Assembly: GCA_965153355.1 (NCBI GenBank)
Contig: OZ231126.1
Span: 25,482,001-25,546,000, forward strand
From: Flaccisagitta enflata
Taxonomy: Eukaryota
DNA length: 64,000 nucleotides
Direction: 5' to 3'
Positions 39,628 through 54,450 of the stretch are shown here, piece by piece. Position 1 is the stretch's first letter; each line of letters opens with the position of its first letter. The position numbers and the translations under genes were made by a program. The notes beneath the pieces are model-generated. The model searched no databases and was not told the origin of the DNA. It saw only the letters and a list, made by a program, of their open reading frames with translations.

Positions 39628-40611
39628 CAAGAGACTAACACATTCAATTACCGGATTTGCTCTTATTATCGCCCCGGGCGCTTTTGATATTGAAATTCAA
39701 CAATTATGCTCCTATTAGCGCCCCATGTTACCAATAAATGTATTTAGTTAGATAATGAATTTATCCAAATTCCTTCATTTTAAGGTAAAACAGGTCGCCC
39801 AAGGGCAATATGTGGTCAGCGATACCGGTTGCCCTGCTTTGAGTGATTATGAATTACAGTGAGGGGAAGTAGGGCAGCGGCCCAGAAGGGGACAAAGTCC
39901 TGTAGAACACAGGGGGACTTTCATTGGTCCTGCCTGAACAAGTGGATGAGATGCTATAGCCTGAGAGGCCAGGTTTGAGGCCTGAGAGGTTGGATTTGAG
40001 ATCTGAAAGGCCGGTTTTGAAGCCTGAGGGGCTGGATTTGAGGCCTGAGAGGCTGGATTTGAGGCCTGAGAGGCTGGATTTGAGACCTAAGAGGCTGGAT
40101 TTGAGGCCTGAGAGGCCAGATTTGAGGCCTGAGAGGCCAGATTTGAGGCCTGAGAGACCAGATTTGAGGCCTGAGGGGCCAGATTCGTGGCCTGAGAGGC
40201 CAGATATGAGGCCTGAAGAGCCTGATAGGGGGGGGATGAACGGACGAACGAACGGACGAACTAACGAACGGACGGATGGACGGACGAACGAACGAAAGTC
40301 CCCCTGTGTCCTACAGGACTTCGTCCCCTTCGGGGCCGCTGCCCAAAAAGGCATCAATTCATGTGCTCTGTATGAACATTTTTTTTCTTTTTTTTTTTGT
40401 TTAGCAGATTTATATCATTGCCAATATAGGAAAATCAAAGAAACACAAAAGGACGTAGGTTTCATATCCGTTATAGCGTGGGGTAACTTAAGCATCACTT
40501 TGATTTTTGATAAGGGCTAGTTTGCAAGTTACCCATCCACGAAATTTTAAAGACAGATAAAAACGGCACATCCATGGATGCAAGAATTACAAAAAGACGG
40601 ACTAAGAGGAG
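39628..40611. repeat. About 1-kb direct duplication, copy 2 (contains a family C element at 39789-40349)
   Basis: Matches 37259-38284, with one fewer 21-mer and a shorter (GACG)n. Confidence 0.95.
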
Positions 40612-40738
40612 GTGTGTGTGTGTGTGTGAGAGAGAGTGTGTGCTCTCGCGCACACAGAGATTGTGAAAGTGTATGCGTGCATTTACAAGAGTGTGAACAA
40701 AAGAATAAAAAGTACTTTACTACAACTTTTCCACAATA

Positions 40739-43541
40739 CAGTATGTTTTTTCTGAACTGATACGAATGAAAATCTTATAACTTTGGGATGGAGCAAGATA
40801 TTCAAAATCCGAAAAAAACGCAAGATAGATCTTGGTCTGCAGATTTTTTATCTTAAAAGGAATGATCCATCAGTTTAAAAAAGTAAGCCCCCACTTTATG
40901 TAAATCAAAATGTTCATTTCTCAAATAGTGTAAATTCTCAAAAGCATCTCTTAAGTACATCATGTTAAATTCATGCTGGATCTCTATAGATCAAGCTAAA
41001 ACTCCAGGAGTGGTCTTAAATGCAAGAAAACTAATCATAGATGCTCATTCTGCCTCATCATTGTGACAGAATTACCAATTTTAAGTTCAGAGTCACAAAT
41101 TAATCATTTTTTCTCTAAAATGTGCAAAAAAACACATTTTTTGGTGCAAAATGTTGATGATAATTGAGCCACTTGTGTTTTTAATTCAAATTGGAGGAAT
41201 AAGTCAATTCAGTTTGTTCACTACAGCGTCTTGGATCAAAATCAGGATAATAGGAGATATATCGTGAGCGATTTACCCTGCGTTAATTAACGGCACATTA
41301 ACGCCTCTAATTAACAAAATTGTTAATAAAAGGCAAAAAAGTACCATTAATTAACGGTAGTTTTTATGCTGTTAATTAACACTTAAAAAACAGTCGTTAA
41401 TTAACGGTATATAGGTACCATGAAATTAACTAAAGAAAATATTTCTTTATTTTTGAGAAATTCAATGAAAATAAGTGCTAAAAGCTGTTGTTAATTATCA
41501 GGTACCTATATGCTGTTAATTAACATGCCATTTTTGATGTTAATTAACACCCCATTTTATGCGTTAATTAACACAAAAAAAATATAGATTATTAACAAAT
41601 TGTTAAAAATATACAATTTTTTCGTGTTAATTAACGGGTGAAATGTGGTGTTAATTAACATCAAAAACAGTGTGTTAATTAACACAAAAAAATATAGATT
41701 ATTAACTATTTGATCAAGTACCTATATGCTGTTAATCAACATGATGTTTTTTATATTAATTAACACCAGATTTCATGCATTGATTGACACACAAAAAATA
41801 GAGATACCTCTATGCTGTTAATTAACATGCTGTTTTTGATGTTAGTTAACACCACATTTTACCCATTAATTAACACAAAAAGATATAGATTATCAAAAAT
41901 TGATAAAGATATACAATTTTTTTGTGATAATTAATGGGTGAAATGTGGTGTTAATTAACATCAAAAACAGCCTGTTTATTAACACAGAAAAAATATAGAT
42001 TATTAACAAATTGATCTGGTGCCTATATGCAGTTAATCAACATGCTGTTTTTGATGTTGATTAACACCAAATTTCATGCGTTAATTAACACCCAAAAAAT
42101 ATTGATGATTAACAAATTGTTGAAATATACAATTCTTTTGTGTTAATTAACGGGTGAAATGTGGTGTAAATTGACAGCATTAGAGGTACCTGATCAATTT
42201 GTTAATAATCTATATTTTTCTGCGTTAATTAACACACTGTTTTTGATGTTAATTAACACCATATTTTATTCTTAAATTAACCCTAAAACATTGTATATTT
42301 TCAACAATTTGTTTATAATCCATATTCTTTTTGTGTTGATTATTGCATGAAATGTGGTGTTAATTAACATCAAAAACAGTGTGTTAATTAACACAGAAAA
42401 ATTATAGATTATTAACAAATTGATAAGGTACCTTTATGCTGTTAATTAACACCAGATTTAACCCGTTAATTAATACAAAAGAATTGTATATCTTTAACAA
42501 TTTGTTAATAATCAATATTTTTTTGTGTTAATTAACGCATGAAATTTGGTGTTAATTAACATAAAAAACAGCATGTTGATTAACAGCATATAGGTACCTG
42601 ATCAATTTGTTAATAATCTATATTTTTTCTGTGTTAATTAACAGGCTGTTTTTGATGTTAATTAACACCACATTTCACCCGTTAATCAATACAAAAAAAT
42701 TTTATGTCTTTATCAATTTGTTAATAATCTATGTTTTTTTTGTGTTAATTAACGGGTGAAATGTGGTGTTAATTAACATCAAAAACAGCATGTTAATTAA
42801 CAGCATAGAGGTACCTGATCAATTTTTTGATAATCTGTATTTTTATGTGTTAATTAACGCATGAAATCTGGTGTTAATTAGTAAAAAAAAAAGGATGTTG
42901 ATTGACAGCGTATAGGTACCTGATCAATTTGTTAATAATCTATATTTTTTTGTGTTAATTAACACACTGTTATGGATGTTAATTAACACCACATTTGACC
43001 TGTTAATTAACACAAAAAATTTATATATTTTTAACAATTTGTTAACAATCTATATTTTTTTTGTGTTAATTAACGCATAAAATGGGGTGTAAATTAACAT
43101 CAAAAATAGCATGTTAATTAACAGCATATAGGTACCTGATAATTAACAACAGCTTTTAGCACTTATTTTCATTGAATTTCTTGAAAATAAACAAAATATT
43201 TTTCTTAGTTAATTTCATGGTACCTATATAGTGTTAGTTAACGGCGTTAAAGTACTGTTAATTACCATGGCCAAAATCAGGGACGATATACCAGGATAAT
43301 AGATACGAAGTTGTGATGATATTATAAGAATTTTGCTTATGAATTTGGCAATTTTCTTTAAAAACACTGACTCAGCTTGTTATTACATGATGGTTACACC
43401 ATTTCATGATAAACCATAAGAAAAGAACATGAAAAATCTGCAAACCAATATCTATCTAGCACTTTTTTCGGATTTTGAATATCTTGTTCCATCCCAAAGT
43501 TATAAGATTTTCATTCGTATCAGTTCAGAAAAAACATACTG
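40739..43541. mobile_element. Tc1/mariner-like non-autonomous element, TIR about 90 bp
   Basis: TA-CAGTATGTTTTTTCTGAACTGATACGAATGAAAATCTTATAACTTTGGGATGG and its reverse complement ending CATACTG-TA at 43541-43543. Confidence 0.88.
41253..43292. mobile_element. Mutator-like foldback element, modular TTAATTAA-rich palindrome
   Basis: Ends GG(AGA)TATATCGT / ACGATATACC; direct repeat AGGATAATA at 41244-41252 and 43293-43301; left and right halves are reverse complements. Confidence 0.8.
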
Positions 43542-43567
43542 TATGTTCTGTAAAAATATTGCTCGTT

Positions 43568-43880
<313 letters not shown>

Positions 43881-44128
43881 TTTCTCGCGCGCACTCTGAT
43901 CGTGAAAGTGTATACGTGCATTTACAAGAATGTGAACAAAAGAATAAAAAGTTCTTTCGTCTTCCTTTCTTCCTTTCTATTCTTAGAAGACCACAAAGAA
44001 AGAGAGAAAAGGCAAGAGGCCGTCTTACATACCCAATCTTGATCCAAATTAAATGTGAGACACCAACTTTGAAAAATGAGGGAATGCCGAATTGACATTC
44101 CCCACAAGATTGAATAGAAAAGAGGCAA

Positions 44129-44242
<114 letters not shown>

Positions 44243-44436
44243 TCACAGGCAGACAAAGACAGAAACAGTTAGACACTAGGTGGGCATTATGCAGTTAGTA
44301 CTAATGTTTTGTCTAGCAACATAGTGATGAGTACGCAAGGATTATTTCTCACCGTATAAACCCTGAGTTTACTTTCGTGCCCATGTAATATTTCATTATT
44401 TTCATAGATGACTTCTTTTGTTTCAATTTGTTTCTA

Positions 44437-44769
44437 CTGTATTTTTTTCTAGAAAGCGCCCCCCTCCAAAAAGCGCCCCCCCTCTTTTTTTTTAGTGTTA
44501 CACTTTTCAGAAAAGATTTGGACAGAAATATTTGGTAAAAATGATGAAATAATACAACACAACAAGCCATTTTCAAAGACTTTTAAACAGATATATGCAA
44601 TGAATATCTCCATTTTGAGTCAAATTTAGCATTTTGGTAGCCTCTCATGAAAAAGATAGACTGAATGACAGTTCATCTAAAATGTAAAGGGGCGCTAATT
44701 GGAGGGTTAAGAAGCAAAATCATATTTCAATTTTAAAAGCGTCCGGGGCGCTTTTTAGAAAAAATACAG
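44437..44769. mobile_element. pogo/Tigger-like MITE
   Basis: TA-CTGTATTTTTTTCTAGAAAGCGCCCC / GGGGCGCTTTTTAGAAAAAATACAG-TA. Confidence 0.8.
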
Positions 44770-45343
44770 TATTTGGTTTTTTTTTATCTTCCTAATTCTT
44801 CTCTTACTAAGAAATTTCCAAAATTGATCAGAAAAAAAGACAAAGAAACACAAAGAAGGACAAAGTACGAATAAAAGAGCAAAGATTGAGAAAGAAAAGA
44901 ACGGAGAAAGCGACCGAGATTGGAGTTAGATGAATACCAACAAGAAGAAGCGGAATAAGAAAAAGAGAAAGAGAGAAAGGAAAAGAAAAGGATGAGGGCT
45001 TGAAGGGTTTACGTCAAGAAGAGGTCACGAAGGAATCAGGTGCACCACGGAACACCATACAAGAAACACCGAGGAAATTTTCGCTAATGAAATTCCCGTT
45101 CCCTCTTCACCTTTTTTCAGACGTGCGCCTATCGGCTTTCTCTCCTTTTTTGTCTCTTTCTGTTTTTTGTGTCTGTCTTTCATTGAGACTTTTTCGGTCT
45201 GTCTGTCTCTCTCATTGCCTGATTACCTGCTTATGGATGTTGGTTACTGTCTGTCTTCTTGTTGGTGTCTTTGTGTCTGTGTGTTTGTCCTTGTGTCTGT
45301 ATGTCTATGTGCCTGTCTGTCTAATTGATTGTATTTCTGTCTT

Positions 45344-45443
<100 letters not shown>

Positions 45444-45849
45444 AGTTACTCCATTTTGAAAGCTTGACTCATCTTTACCTCTTCTTTCCTCCTTCTGGCT
45501 GTTTCTTTTCTTATCATTATATATCAGTCTCTCTGTTTCTCGTTGTCTTGTTACATGTATTTTGAGTTTGAGTATCTGTCGGCCTTTATCCTATTCTATC
45601 TGCCTACCTGAGTATGTCTCTTTTGTCGCTGTCCTCATCTCAGTCTGTCTGTTTTCTACAGTGACACTATATATCAACTGTTGGTTTGACAACTCAAAAA
45701 ACTCAATAAACTCATAAAAAGAAGAAGAAAAACAAGGCCAACACCTATAAGTCGCGTGCAGGACAAAAATAACTGAACTGACCTGACTCCTTATTGTATC
45801 TTTTTATCGAAAATCAGACTTAAACGCAACCCAAAACGGCCCAAACTAC

Positions 45850-46320
45850 ACTCAAACCAGACTCACACCAGACTCAAACCAGACTCAAACCAGACTCCAA
45901 CCAGACTCAAACCAGACTCAAACCAGAATTAAACCAGACCAAAACCAGACCTAAATCAGACATAAATCAGACATAAACCAGACATAAACCAGACATAAAC
46001 CAGATTTAAGCCAAACTCAAACCAAATTCAAACCAGACTCAAACCAGACTCAAACCAGACTCAAACCAGACTCAAACCAGACTCAAACCAAACTCAAACC
46101 AGATTCAAACCAGACTCAAACCAGACTCAAACCAGACTCAAACCAGACCAAAACCAGGCTCAAACCAGGCTCAAACCAGAATCAAACCAGACTCAAACCA
46201 GACTCAAACCGGACTCAAACCAGACTCAAACCAGACTCAAACCAGAATTAAACCAGACCAAAACCAGACCAAAACCAGACCTAAATCAGACCTAAATCAA
46301 ACATAAACCAGACAAACCAG
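45850..46320. repeat. (CCAGACTCAAA)n 11-bp satellite
   Basis: Direct reading. Confidence 0.95.
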
Positions 46321-46432
46321 CAGACTTCAACCAGCAGACTTCAACCAGCAGACTTTAATCAGCAGACTTTAACCAGCAAACTTTAACCAAAAATGACCAA
46401 AAATGACCAAAAATGACCAAAAATGACCAAAA

Positions 46433-47041
46433 CAGAGGCCTTGGTCGCGGTAAACCACCTCCGGCTCCATCTCCTCCTCCTGGATTTTTTTCCGCGTCCG
46501 CGTCATTTCCACATCCGCGTCTTATCCAGTGATTTTTTTTCATCTAATTACCTTCACTGACTATTTTATGGTTTAAAACAAAAAAAAAAAAAGAAAGAAA
46601 GAATTGATGAATGAATGAATGAATAACTGAATGCATGAATGAATGAATGAATTAATGAATGAATGAATGAATGAATGAATGAATGAATGAATGAATGAAT
46701 GAATGAATGAATGGAAGAATGAATGAATGAATGAATGGAAGAATGAAAGAATGAAAAAAAAACAATGAAAAAACACAAGATTGCGATTTTGAAAGAAAAA
46801 AAGAAAGAAAGAATGAATGAAAGAATGAAAGAATGAAAGAAAGAATGAAAGATTAAAAGAATGAAAATATGAAAAAAAAAGAAAAGAAGAAAAACAGAAG
46901 GAAAGAAGGAAAGAGAAAAAAAGAAAAAGAAAGGAAGGAAGAAAGGAAGAAGAAAGAAAGGAAGGAAGGAGGAAAAAAGAAAGGAAGGAAGAAAAAAGAA
47001 AGGAGGGAAGAAAAAAGAAAGTAAGGTAGGGAGAAAGAAAA

Positions 47042-47125
<84 letters not shown>

Positions 47126-47130
47126 ACGAG

Positions 47131-47177
<47 letters not shown>

Positions 47178-47715
47178 AAAACGGAGAGAAAGAAAAAGAG
47201 GGAAAAAAAGGAAGAAAGGAATAACAAAAAAGGGAAATAGAAAGAAAGGCAAATGGACAGAAAGAAAACGGGATGTTTGGCAAACGTAAAGTAAGAATGA
47301 AAAAAAGAACTGAAGAAAAACAAAGGGAAAAGACGAGAGAAAAAGTGAAGGGAAAATTGAAAGAAAGAAAGAAAGAAAATATAAAATGGGACAGGTTGGG
47401 AAACAAAGTCAAAAAACATAATCAGAAACGATGAAACAAACAAACAATGAGTGAAAGAAAGAAAGGAAGAGAGAAAAAAGAGGAAGGAAGAAAAAATGAG
47501 GAAGAAAAAAAAGGCAGACAGAAAAAAAGGAATCGGAAAAAAAGTTTGAGATAACCGCGTCTGCGTCCGCGTCTTGGTTTGCACAATTGCAACCGGCTCC
47601 GGGTCCGGGTCTCCTATGAGACTCATAGCTCTGATCGCCTCCGCGCCCGCGTCCCTGCATAATTACCGCGTTCACCGCATCCAGCTCCAGATCCGGCTCC
47701 GGATCCGGATCTCTG
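46433..47715. mobile_element. hAT-like non-autonomous element with (GAAT)n/(GAAA)n interior
   Basis: Ends CAGAGGCC / GGATCTCTG; CCGCGT and CCGG(C/A)T subterminal repeats at both ends; GACCAAAA on both flanks (inside a satellite, so the TSD is not independent evidence). Confidence 0.65.
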
Positions 47716-48665
47716 GACCAAAAATGACCAAAAATGACCAAAAATGACCAAAAGGACCAAAAATGATCAAAAATGATCAAAAATGACCAAAAATGACCAA
47801 AAATGACCAAAATGACCAAAAATGACCAAAAATGATCAAAATGACCAAAAATGACCAAAAATGACCAAAAATGATCAAAAATGATCAAAAATGATCAAAA
47901 ATGATCAAAAATGACCAAAAATAACCAAAAATAACCAAAAATAACCAAAAATGACCAAAAATGACCAAAAATGACCAAAAATGACCAAAAATGACCAAAA
48001 ATGACCAAAAATGACCAAAATGACCAAAAATGACCAAAAATGACCAAAAATGACCAAAAACGACCAAAATGACCAAAATGACCAAAATAACCAAAATAAC
48101 AAAAATAACAAAAAAAGATCAAAAATAACCGAAAATGATCAAAAATGACCAAAAAAAAACAAAAAAGACCAAAATGACCAAAAATGATCAAAAATGATCA
48201 AAAATGATCAAAAATGATCAAAAATGATCAAAAATGACCAAAAATGACCAAAAATGACCAAAAATGACCAGAAATGACCAAAATTGACCAAAATAACCAA
48301 AAATGACTAAAATGACCAAAATGACCAAAATGACCAAAAATGACCAAAAATGACCAAAAATGACCAAAAATGACCAAAAATGATCAAAATGACCAAAAAT
48401 GACCAAAATGATCAAAATGATCAAAATGACCAAAATGACCAAAATGACCAAAAATGACCAAAAATGACCAAAAATGACCAAAAATGACCAAAAATGACCA
48501 AAATGATCAAAAATGATCAAAAATGACCAAAAATGACCAAAAATGACCAAAAATGACCAAAAATGACCAAAAACGACCAAAATGACCAAAATAACAAAAA
48601 AAGACCAAAAATGACCAAAAATGACCAAAAATAACCGAAAATGATCAAAAATGACCAAAAACAAC
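47716..48665. repeat. (GACCAAAAAT)n 10-bp satellite
   Basis: Direct reading; continues the 46385-46432 array interrupted by the insertion. Confidence 0.96.
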
Positions 48666-49373
48666 AACAAAATGACTCAAAATAACTCCAGACGACCCAA
48701 AAAGACGCAAAAAAGCAAAGTGTTACCGACGGACCAACCGACCGACCGACCGACCGACCGACGGAGCGGGTTGTAGAGTCGCGTGCACGCGACTAAAAAA
48801 CAGCAATCCAGCGATCTACATAAAATGGTCCAGAACTGAGTGGTCCAGATCTACAGTACGATGGGAGCAATGAGGCCCTCAAACAGAGTCTTATTTCCTG
48901 GTTTACCGTTTTGATGAAGTAGCTCAAACTATGTTGTTTTTTTTTTTTAACCAATGGGCCAGTGAATAAAGTTTGATAGTTTTAGCGCTGACAGTTGACC
49001 AAAAAGATGAAAAAATCCAACACCTCTCAGTATTTGTTCTTATGACTCTGAAGATAAAGAGAAACTTCATAAGTACTCAGCACTCTACTGTAAGAGCTAT
49101 AGCAAGGAATGGTAATTCGTGGTCACATCTGTCTTAAATCTCTTGGTGTGAAATTTGGACCCTCAGCCTCCAAAAGAAATTCTTTATTCAGATAGTGTCA
49201 TTGTAGGAGATCATTATTGTGCTGGGCTTATTGCTCCCACCGTACTGTAAAGTTCTTGCTGGCAAATTTTAGACTAAAAGTAAGTATTGACTTGCTAATT
49301 CGATTGAGTATTGCGTCACCTACTTTGTCTCTCGTTATGTATCACTTTCGCACACCAAGCGTTCAGAGACCAC

Positions 49374-49771
49374 CAATGCCTTGCGGGACCCCATGTGCAG
49401 GGTCGGCCGGTTCCTCGGCACGGTAGGGCCGAATACCGGAAGTCGGGACCTCGGTATGGGCAGGGGCAGTACTAAGGCTCGGTAGAGGGCTCTGGTACTA
49501 GTTAAAAGTAAAAAGAATCTAACTAAAAAATCTAACTAACTACTGTTAAAAGATTGATAACAATGAAAAAAGAGAAAAAATGGATAAACGTTTTGAATTA
49601 GAAAAAAATGCAGAATATACTGCAACTACAGTCCCCATTTGTAGTTTGAATTTAGTTTAAGACTCGATGTTCTGATGTTTGGTTGTCGATGACCGGAAGT
49701 TAAGATAATACCAATCGCGATTCCTGATTATTCTTTGCCATTAACTGTCTTCGAATTTTTTCTTTGTTGGA

Positions 49772-49803
<32 letters not shown>

Positions 49804-50482
49804 AAAGAAAAGTCTTATTCTAAAAGAAAAGTCTCATTCTAAAAGAAAAGTCATTCTAAAAGAAAAGTCTCATTCTAATTCTAAAAGAAAAAAGTCATTC
49901 TAAAAGAAAAAAGTCATTCTAAAAGAAAAGTCTCATTCTAATTCTTTTTAATGATCTCGAGTTAATCATATGGGAGAATAATAAATCATCTTAAAATGTG
50001 TTTTTGAATTTTTAAAAATACACTATTTTTTTGTATTTTTAGATTAAAATATATATGCAAATGAATTTAAAAGAAGTGAAAAGAAAGAATAGAAATAATG
50101 GATGCTAAAGAAGAACAATAATGAAAAAATGAAAATATGAAATGTGAAAAAGATTTAAATAAAAGTTGAAAAAAAAAGATATTTGAAAAAAATGAAAAAT
50201 GAAAACAAGAAAACAAGAATGATGGCACCAAAACAATTTTATAATAGAATTACTCATCAATGTAATCATTTTTTGTTCTATAATTCTAAAATGATCACGG
50301 AAAATTTACCATGAACGTAAAAAAGAATATGTAGGAGAAAAATTTTTCAAAAACAGATGGAGGAGGAGGAAGAGGAGGAGGTGGAGGCAGAGGGCCGGAA
50401 TATGCATCAGGTCCCGGGAATTCGGGACAAGGTGATGTCCCGGCATGTCGGGATCTCGGGACCCAAGTCCCGCCAGGCATTG
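49374..50482. mobile_element. Non-autonomous hAT element
   Basis: TIR CAATGCCTTGCGGGAC / GTCCCGCCAGGCATTG; perfect 8-bp TSD GAGACCAC; CGGGA subterminal motifs. Confidence 0.88.
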
Positions 50483-50885
50483 GAGACCACTACTAGTAAC
50501 GTCTAAGTTTCCACTTTCGGGATTTCAACACCACCACCTCCCTCTCACACAAATACAACCACCCTCCACAGTCCACTCCTTCATCGAATTACCGCATCTG
50601 TTTTTGACTCAGCCGTTGACGTTTTCTGGCTGACTGTTCCACCTTGATTTCTAACACCACCACTTCCCCCCTTCTCCTTTTCCGCCTCTGCTTTTGACTC
50701 GGTTGTAGACATGTCCTGGCTGGTTTCCTCGCTCTTTCATGTAGGACCTGCGTTTTTGTGATAAATGAAACTTTGCAATTTGTCATGTGCTGTCGCCTGC
50801 GTTGTCCGATCTCCACTGCTTTTCTCCCTTTTTTCCATAGTCTCATATCCACTCGCGCCGGCGCTGTCTCTAGTCTAGCCTGAGA

Positions 50886-51440
<555 letters not shown>

Positions 51441-51733
51441 CTCCTTTTGAATTTGTCCATGCCCGATTTTTTCCCACTTCTTTTCCTTTTATTCTTTTTT
51501 TCTCTCTCGATTATTGTTATATTAGATTATCGATGTTTATTTTTTGTTGGCCAACCTCGCATGATGAATGATCAACCACCAAGTAGGAGTATGAATATGC
51601 GGAGATTATTGATAGAAATAAGCTGGTATACACGACCAATGATTTACCGCTCGTGGGTGAGCATTGGCAGTAATGCTGATGGGCAAGGGCTGCAATGATG
51701 GTGGGCAGTGACCAGTAATTAATTATTATTGTA

Positions 51734-51909
51734 CAGTGGGACCCCGCAATAACAGACCCGCTTTTAAAGGTTCCCCATCAATAAAGGTCAATATTTTAAG
51801 GTCCCAAATGATAGTTTCTAACATAACTTCACCTCTCTTTAAAGGTGAACCTGTGATAAAGGTGAAAAATCTTTAGTCCCAATGGGACCGATGAGGCGGG
51901 GTCCTACTG
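51734..51909. mobile_element. Tigger-like MITE
   Basis: TA-CAGTGGGACCCCGC / GCGGGGTCCTACTG-TA. Confidence 0.78.
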
Positions 51910-52520
51910 TAATCATAATTATGATTTTGATTAATTTTGATTTGGGTGGCCGTGGGCTTTTTGTTTTGGCGAATTCTACGTCATCAAAAATAGCCTTAAC
52001 TGGCCGACAACCTACTAACAGACGGATAATCCAGCCTATGGACCTATTTCCCTATAGTATCGCTGAGCAAGTGACTACGCCCTAATGATCATAAATGAAA
52101 AAAGATAATATCTAAATTTCGATTTTTGGTCGATGGTCGGTCTGTCACGCGGCTCGTGCAATCGTATTAGAGATGAAAGTGATTAAGGATAAACCCACAG
52201 GTAGTTTTTGATCACATATGCAAACGTATTCAAAAACAAAATGAAAATGGATAGAACTCGAAGAGTCGGCAGATTCAGAAACAAATTCAAATATGTAAAA
52301 AAGATCGAGACGGCCAAGTTTGAAAATAAAAGAGAGGCAAAAAAAGAAAAAAAAAGTCAGAATTGAATTTTTAATTCCCGCCCTCTCTCCCAGCCAAGCT
52401 GAGAGAATATAAGTCTCTGCTATGATGAATGGCGATATGAGCGTGGAACAAAAGAAAGGAGAGAAGGCAGGAAAACATGGAAAACCTTTTCTTCAGAATT
52501 TCAATTGGATTTCAAACAAT

Positions 52521-52620
<100 letters not shown>

Positions 52621-53315
52621 TTCCAAGAAAGAGAGAAAAAAAAAAAGTGAGAATATTTCTCAATCCAATGATGGAGTAGGATAGAATGGCTTGGACCATC
52701 AGCTTTGCCTTGGTATTGCGGTCGTCGAACGCAAGGGTTCGTTTTCGTTTTTTTTTCCTTTTTTACAATATACTTTTATGCAAAACCTTCACAGACTAGG
52801 TAGCATCACTTATTCTGAGCAACGTAATAAAAGGGTCAGTGAAGTTCTTCAATAGGGGTCATCAAAAACTCATCGACATGGTATAGGATTTAAACATGAC
52901 TGACTGTGTTATCAAATTAAAAATGAAATCAACAACAAAGATACTTATCAACTTGAATCTGGCGATGCATTTATTGTTTTAGAGAATATCATATCATAAC
53001 GTTAACGTACAAGAGAACATTTGTTCAAAGAAGTTATGAATAAACATTGTCCGTTAAGAACAGGTTCCGAAGTTACTAAGGAGAATAACAAAAAGTTCTA
53101 TATAGAGTTACAGTACAGGTAAAGGTACAGTTTAATCCACCTGTTACAGACATTCATGAAATCATGACAAGTACACGAAAACTACTGCTGCAACGATATT
53201 CTGTCAATGAGCATAAGCATCTCATCTTATCTTAGATAGCCTAAACAAGATTCTGTCTTCATTTCAGGTAAATCCTGCCTCCCAATTTTACTCGGGGCAC
53301 AACAGTGCATCCAGG

Positions 53316-53984
53316 CTGAGCCGGACCACCCATTACGCTTATAAGGCTTAAGCCTTAGATCCCGCGGTAAGGGAGGGCCCCGCGGTACAACCCCTACCTC
53401 TTGGAAGAGAAAGAATAGGAAAAACCGAGAAAAAGGGGAAAGAAAAAAAAGAATGAAAGAAAGAAAGAGAATGAAAGAAAGAGAATGAAAGAAAGAGAAT
53501 GAAAGAAAGAAAGAGAATGAAAGAAAAAGAATGAAAGAAAGAAAAACAATGAAAGAAAGAAAGAGAGTAAAAGAAAGAAAGATAATGAAAGAAAGAAAGA
53601 GAATGAAAGAAAGAAACAGAATGAAAGAAAGAGAGAAAATAAAAGAAAGAAAGAGAATTAAAGAAAGAAAGAGAATGAAAGAAAGAAAGAAAGAGAGTGA
53701 AAGAAAGAAAGAGAATGAAAGAAAAAAAGAGAATAAACGAAAGAAAGAAAATGAAAGAAAATAAAAAGGAAAAATGAAAAATAACATTTTTTCCAACCTA
53801 AATTCATCACTTGATCCTTTTTTCAATTAGGTTCATCAGTTTTCTAGTTTAGCTCCACTAGTTGTTAGAAGGGTAGAAAAGGGGTGACAGCAAGAGAGGA
53901 TGGGAGAGAGCAAAAAGGGGGGGGCTAGGGGGCCCCACGGCAGCTCTCAAGCCAAGAGCCCCGCAGTAGCTCAGTTCGGCTAAG
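53316..53984. mobile_element. Degenerate hAT-like MITE with GAAA-rich interior
   Basis: Decayed TIR CTGAGCCGGAC / GTTCGGCTAAG; GGGCCCC subterminal motifs; flanks CATCCAGG / CATTCAGA (6 of 8). Confidence 0.5.
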
Positions 53985-54450
53985 CATTCAGATCCTAGGC
54001 TGTTACAACTTAATGCAATATACAGTTGAATTCCTCAATAACTGATGTTAGGGGAATAATAAATTAAGTCTTTTTTGTTATAGGCGGATTTGTATCATTG
54101 CTATACGGGAAATTAAAAGGAATGATATGAGGGGACCAAAAGTGATTGTTTATGGGCGGATTTTCATTACTCTTGGGTCCAGTAAAACTGCGCATTGAAT
54201 CAGTACATGTAGCACTTACAAAGATAATAAAAGATTGTTTTGTATTTTGAGCAACTTTAACTTTAGCATCACCGACTGCTCAACAGACGGATGGAGTGAC
54301 CAATTTTTGAACTTAGTCTTTCCCAGAGATGCATAATCCCCTTGTCAAATCTTCCTTTTCATGAGGTTGATTTCCCCTCGTGGCGGGTCTGTTAGAATTA
54401 GAGAGTGATTCCACCACACATGATGTTGAAACACGTTTAGACAAAAAATC

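Larger units (their letters stand above)
45730..48800 (-). mobile_element. HINE expanded to about 3 kb by internal 11-bp and 10-bp satellites plus a nested insertion
   Basis: AACAAGGCCAACACCTATAAGTCGCGTGC at one end; (GACC)n and GTAGAGTCGCGTGCACGCGACTAAAAAA at the other. Confidence 0.78.

Noticed and set aside
37259..40611. LTR pair or TRIM element
   Set aside because: No TG...CA ends, PBS, PPT or TSD; the arms are composites of other repeats.
47409..48670. Hydrophobic FGHFWSFLVI repeat ORFs
   Set aside because: Translation of a 10-bp satellite, present in all three frames.
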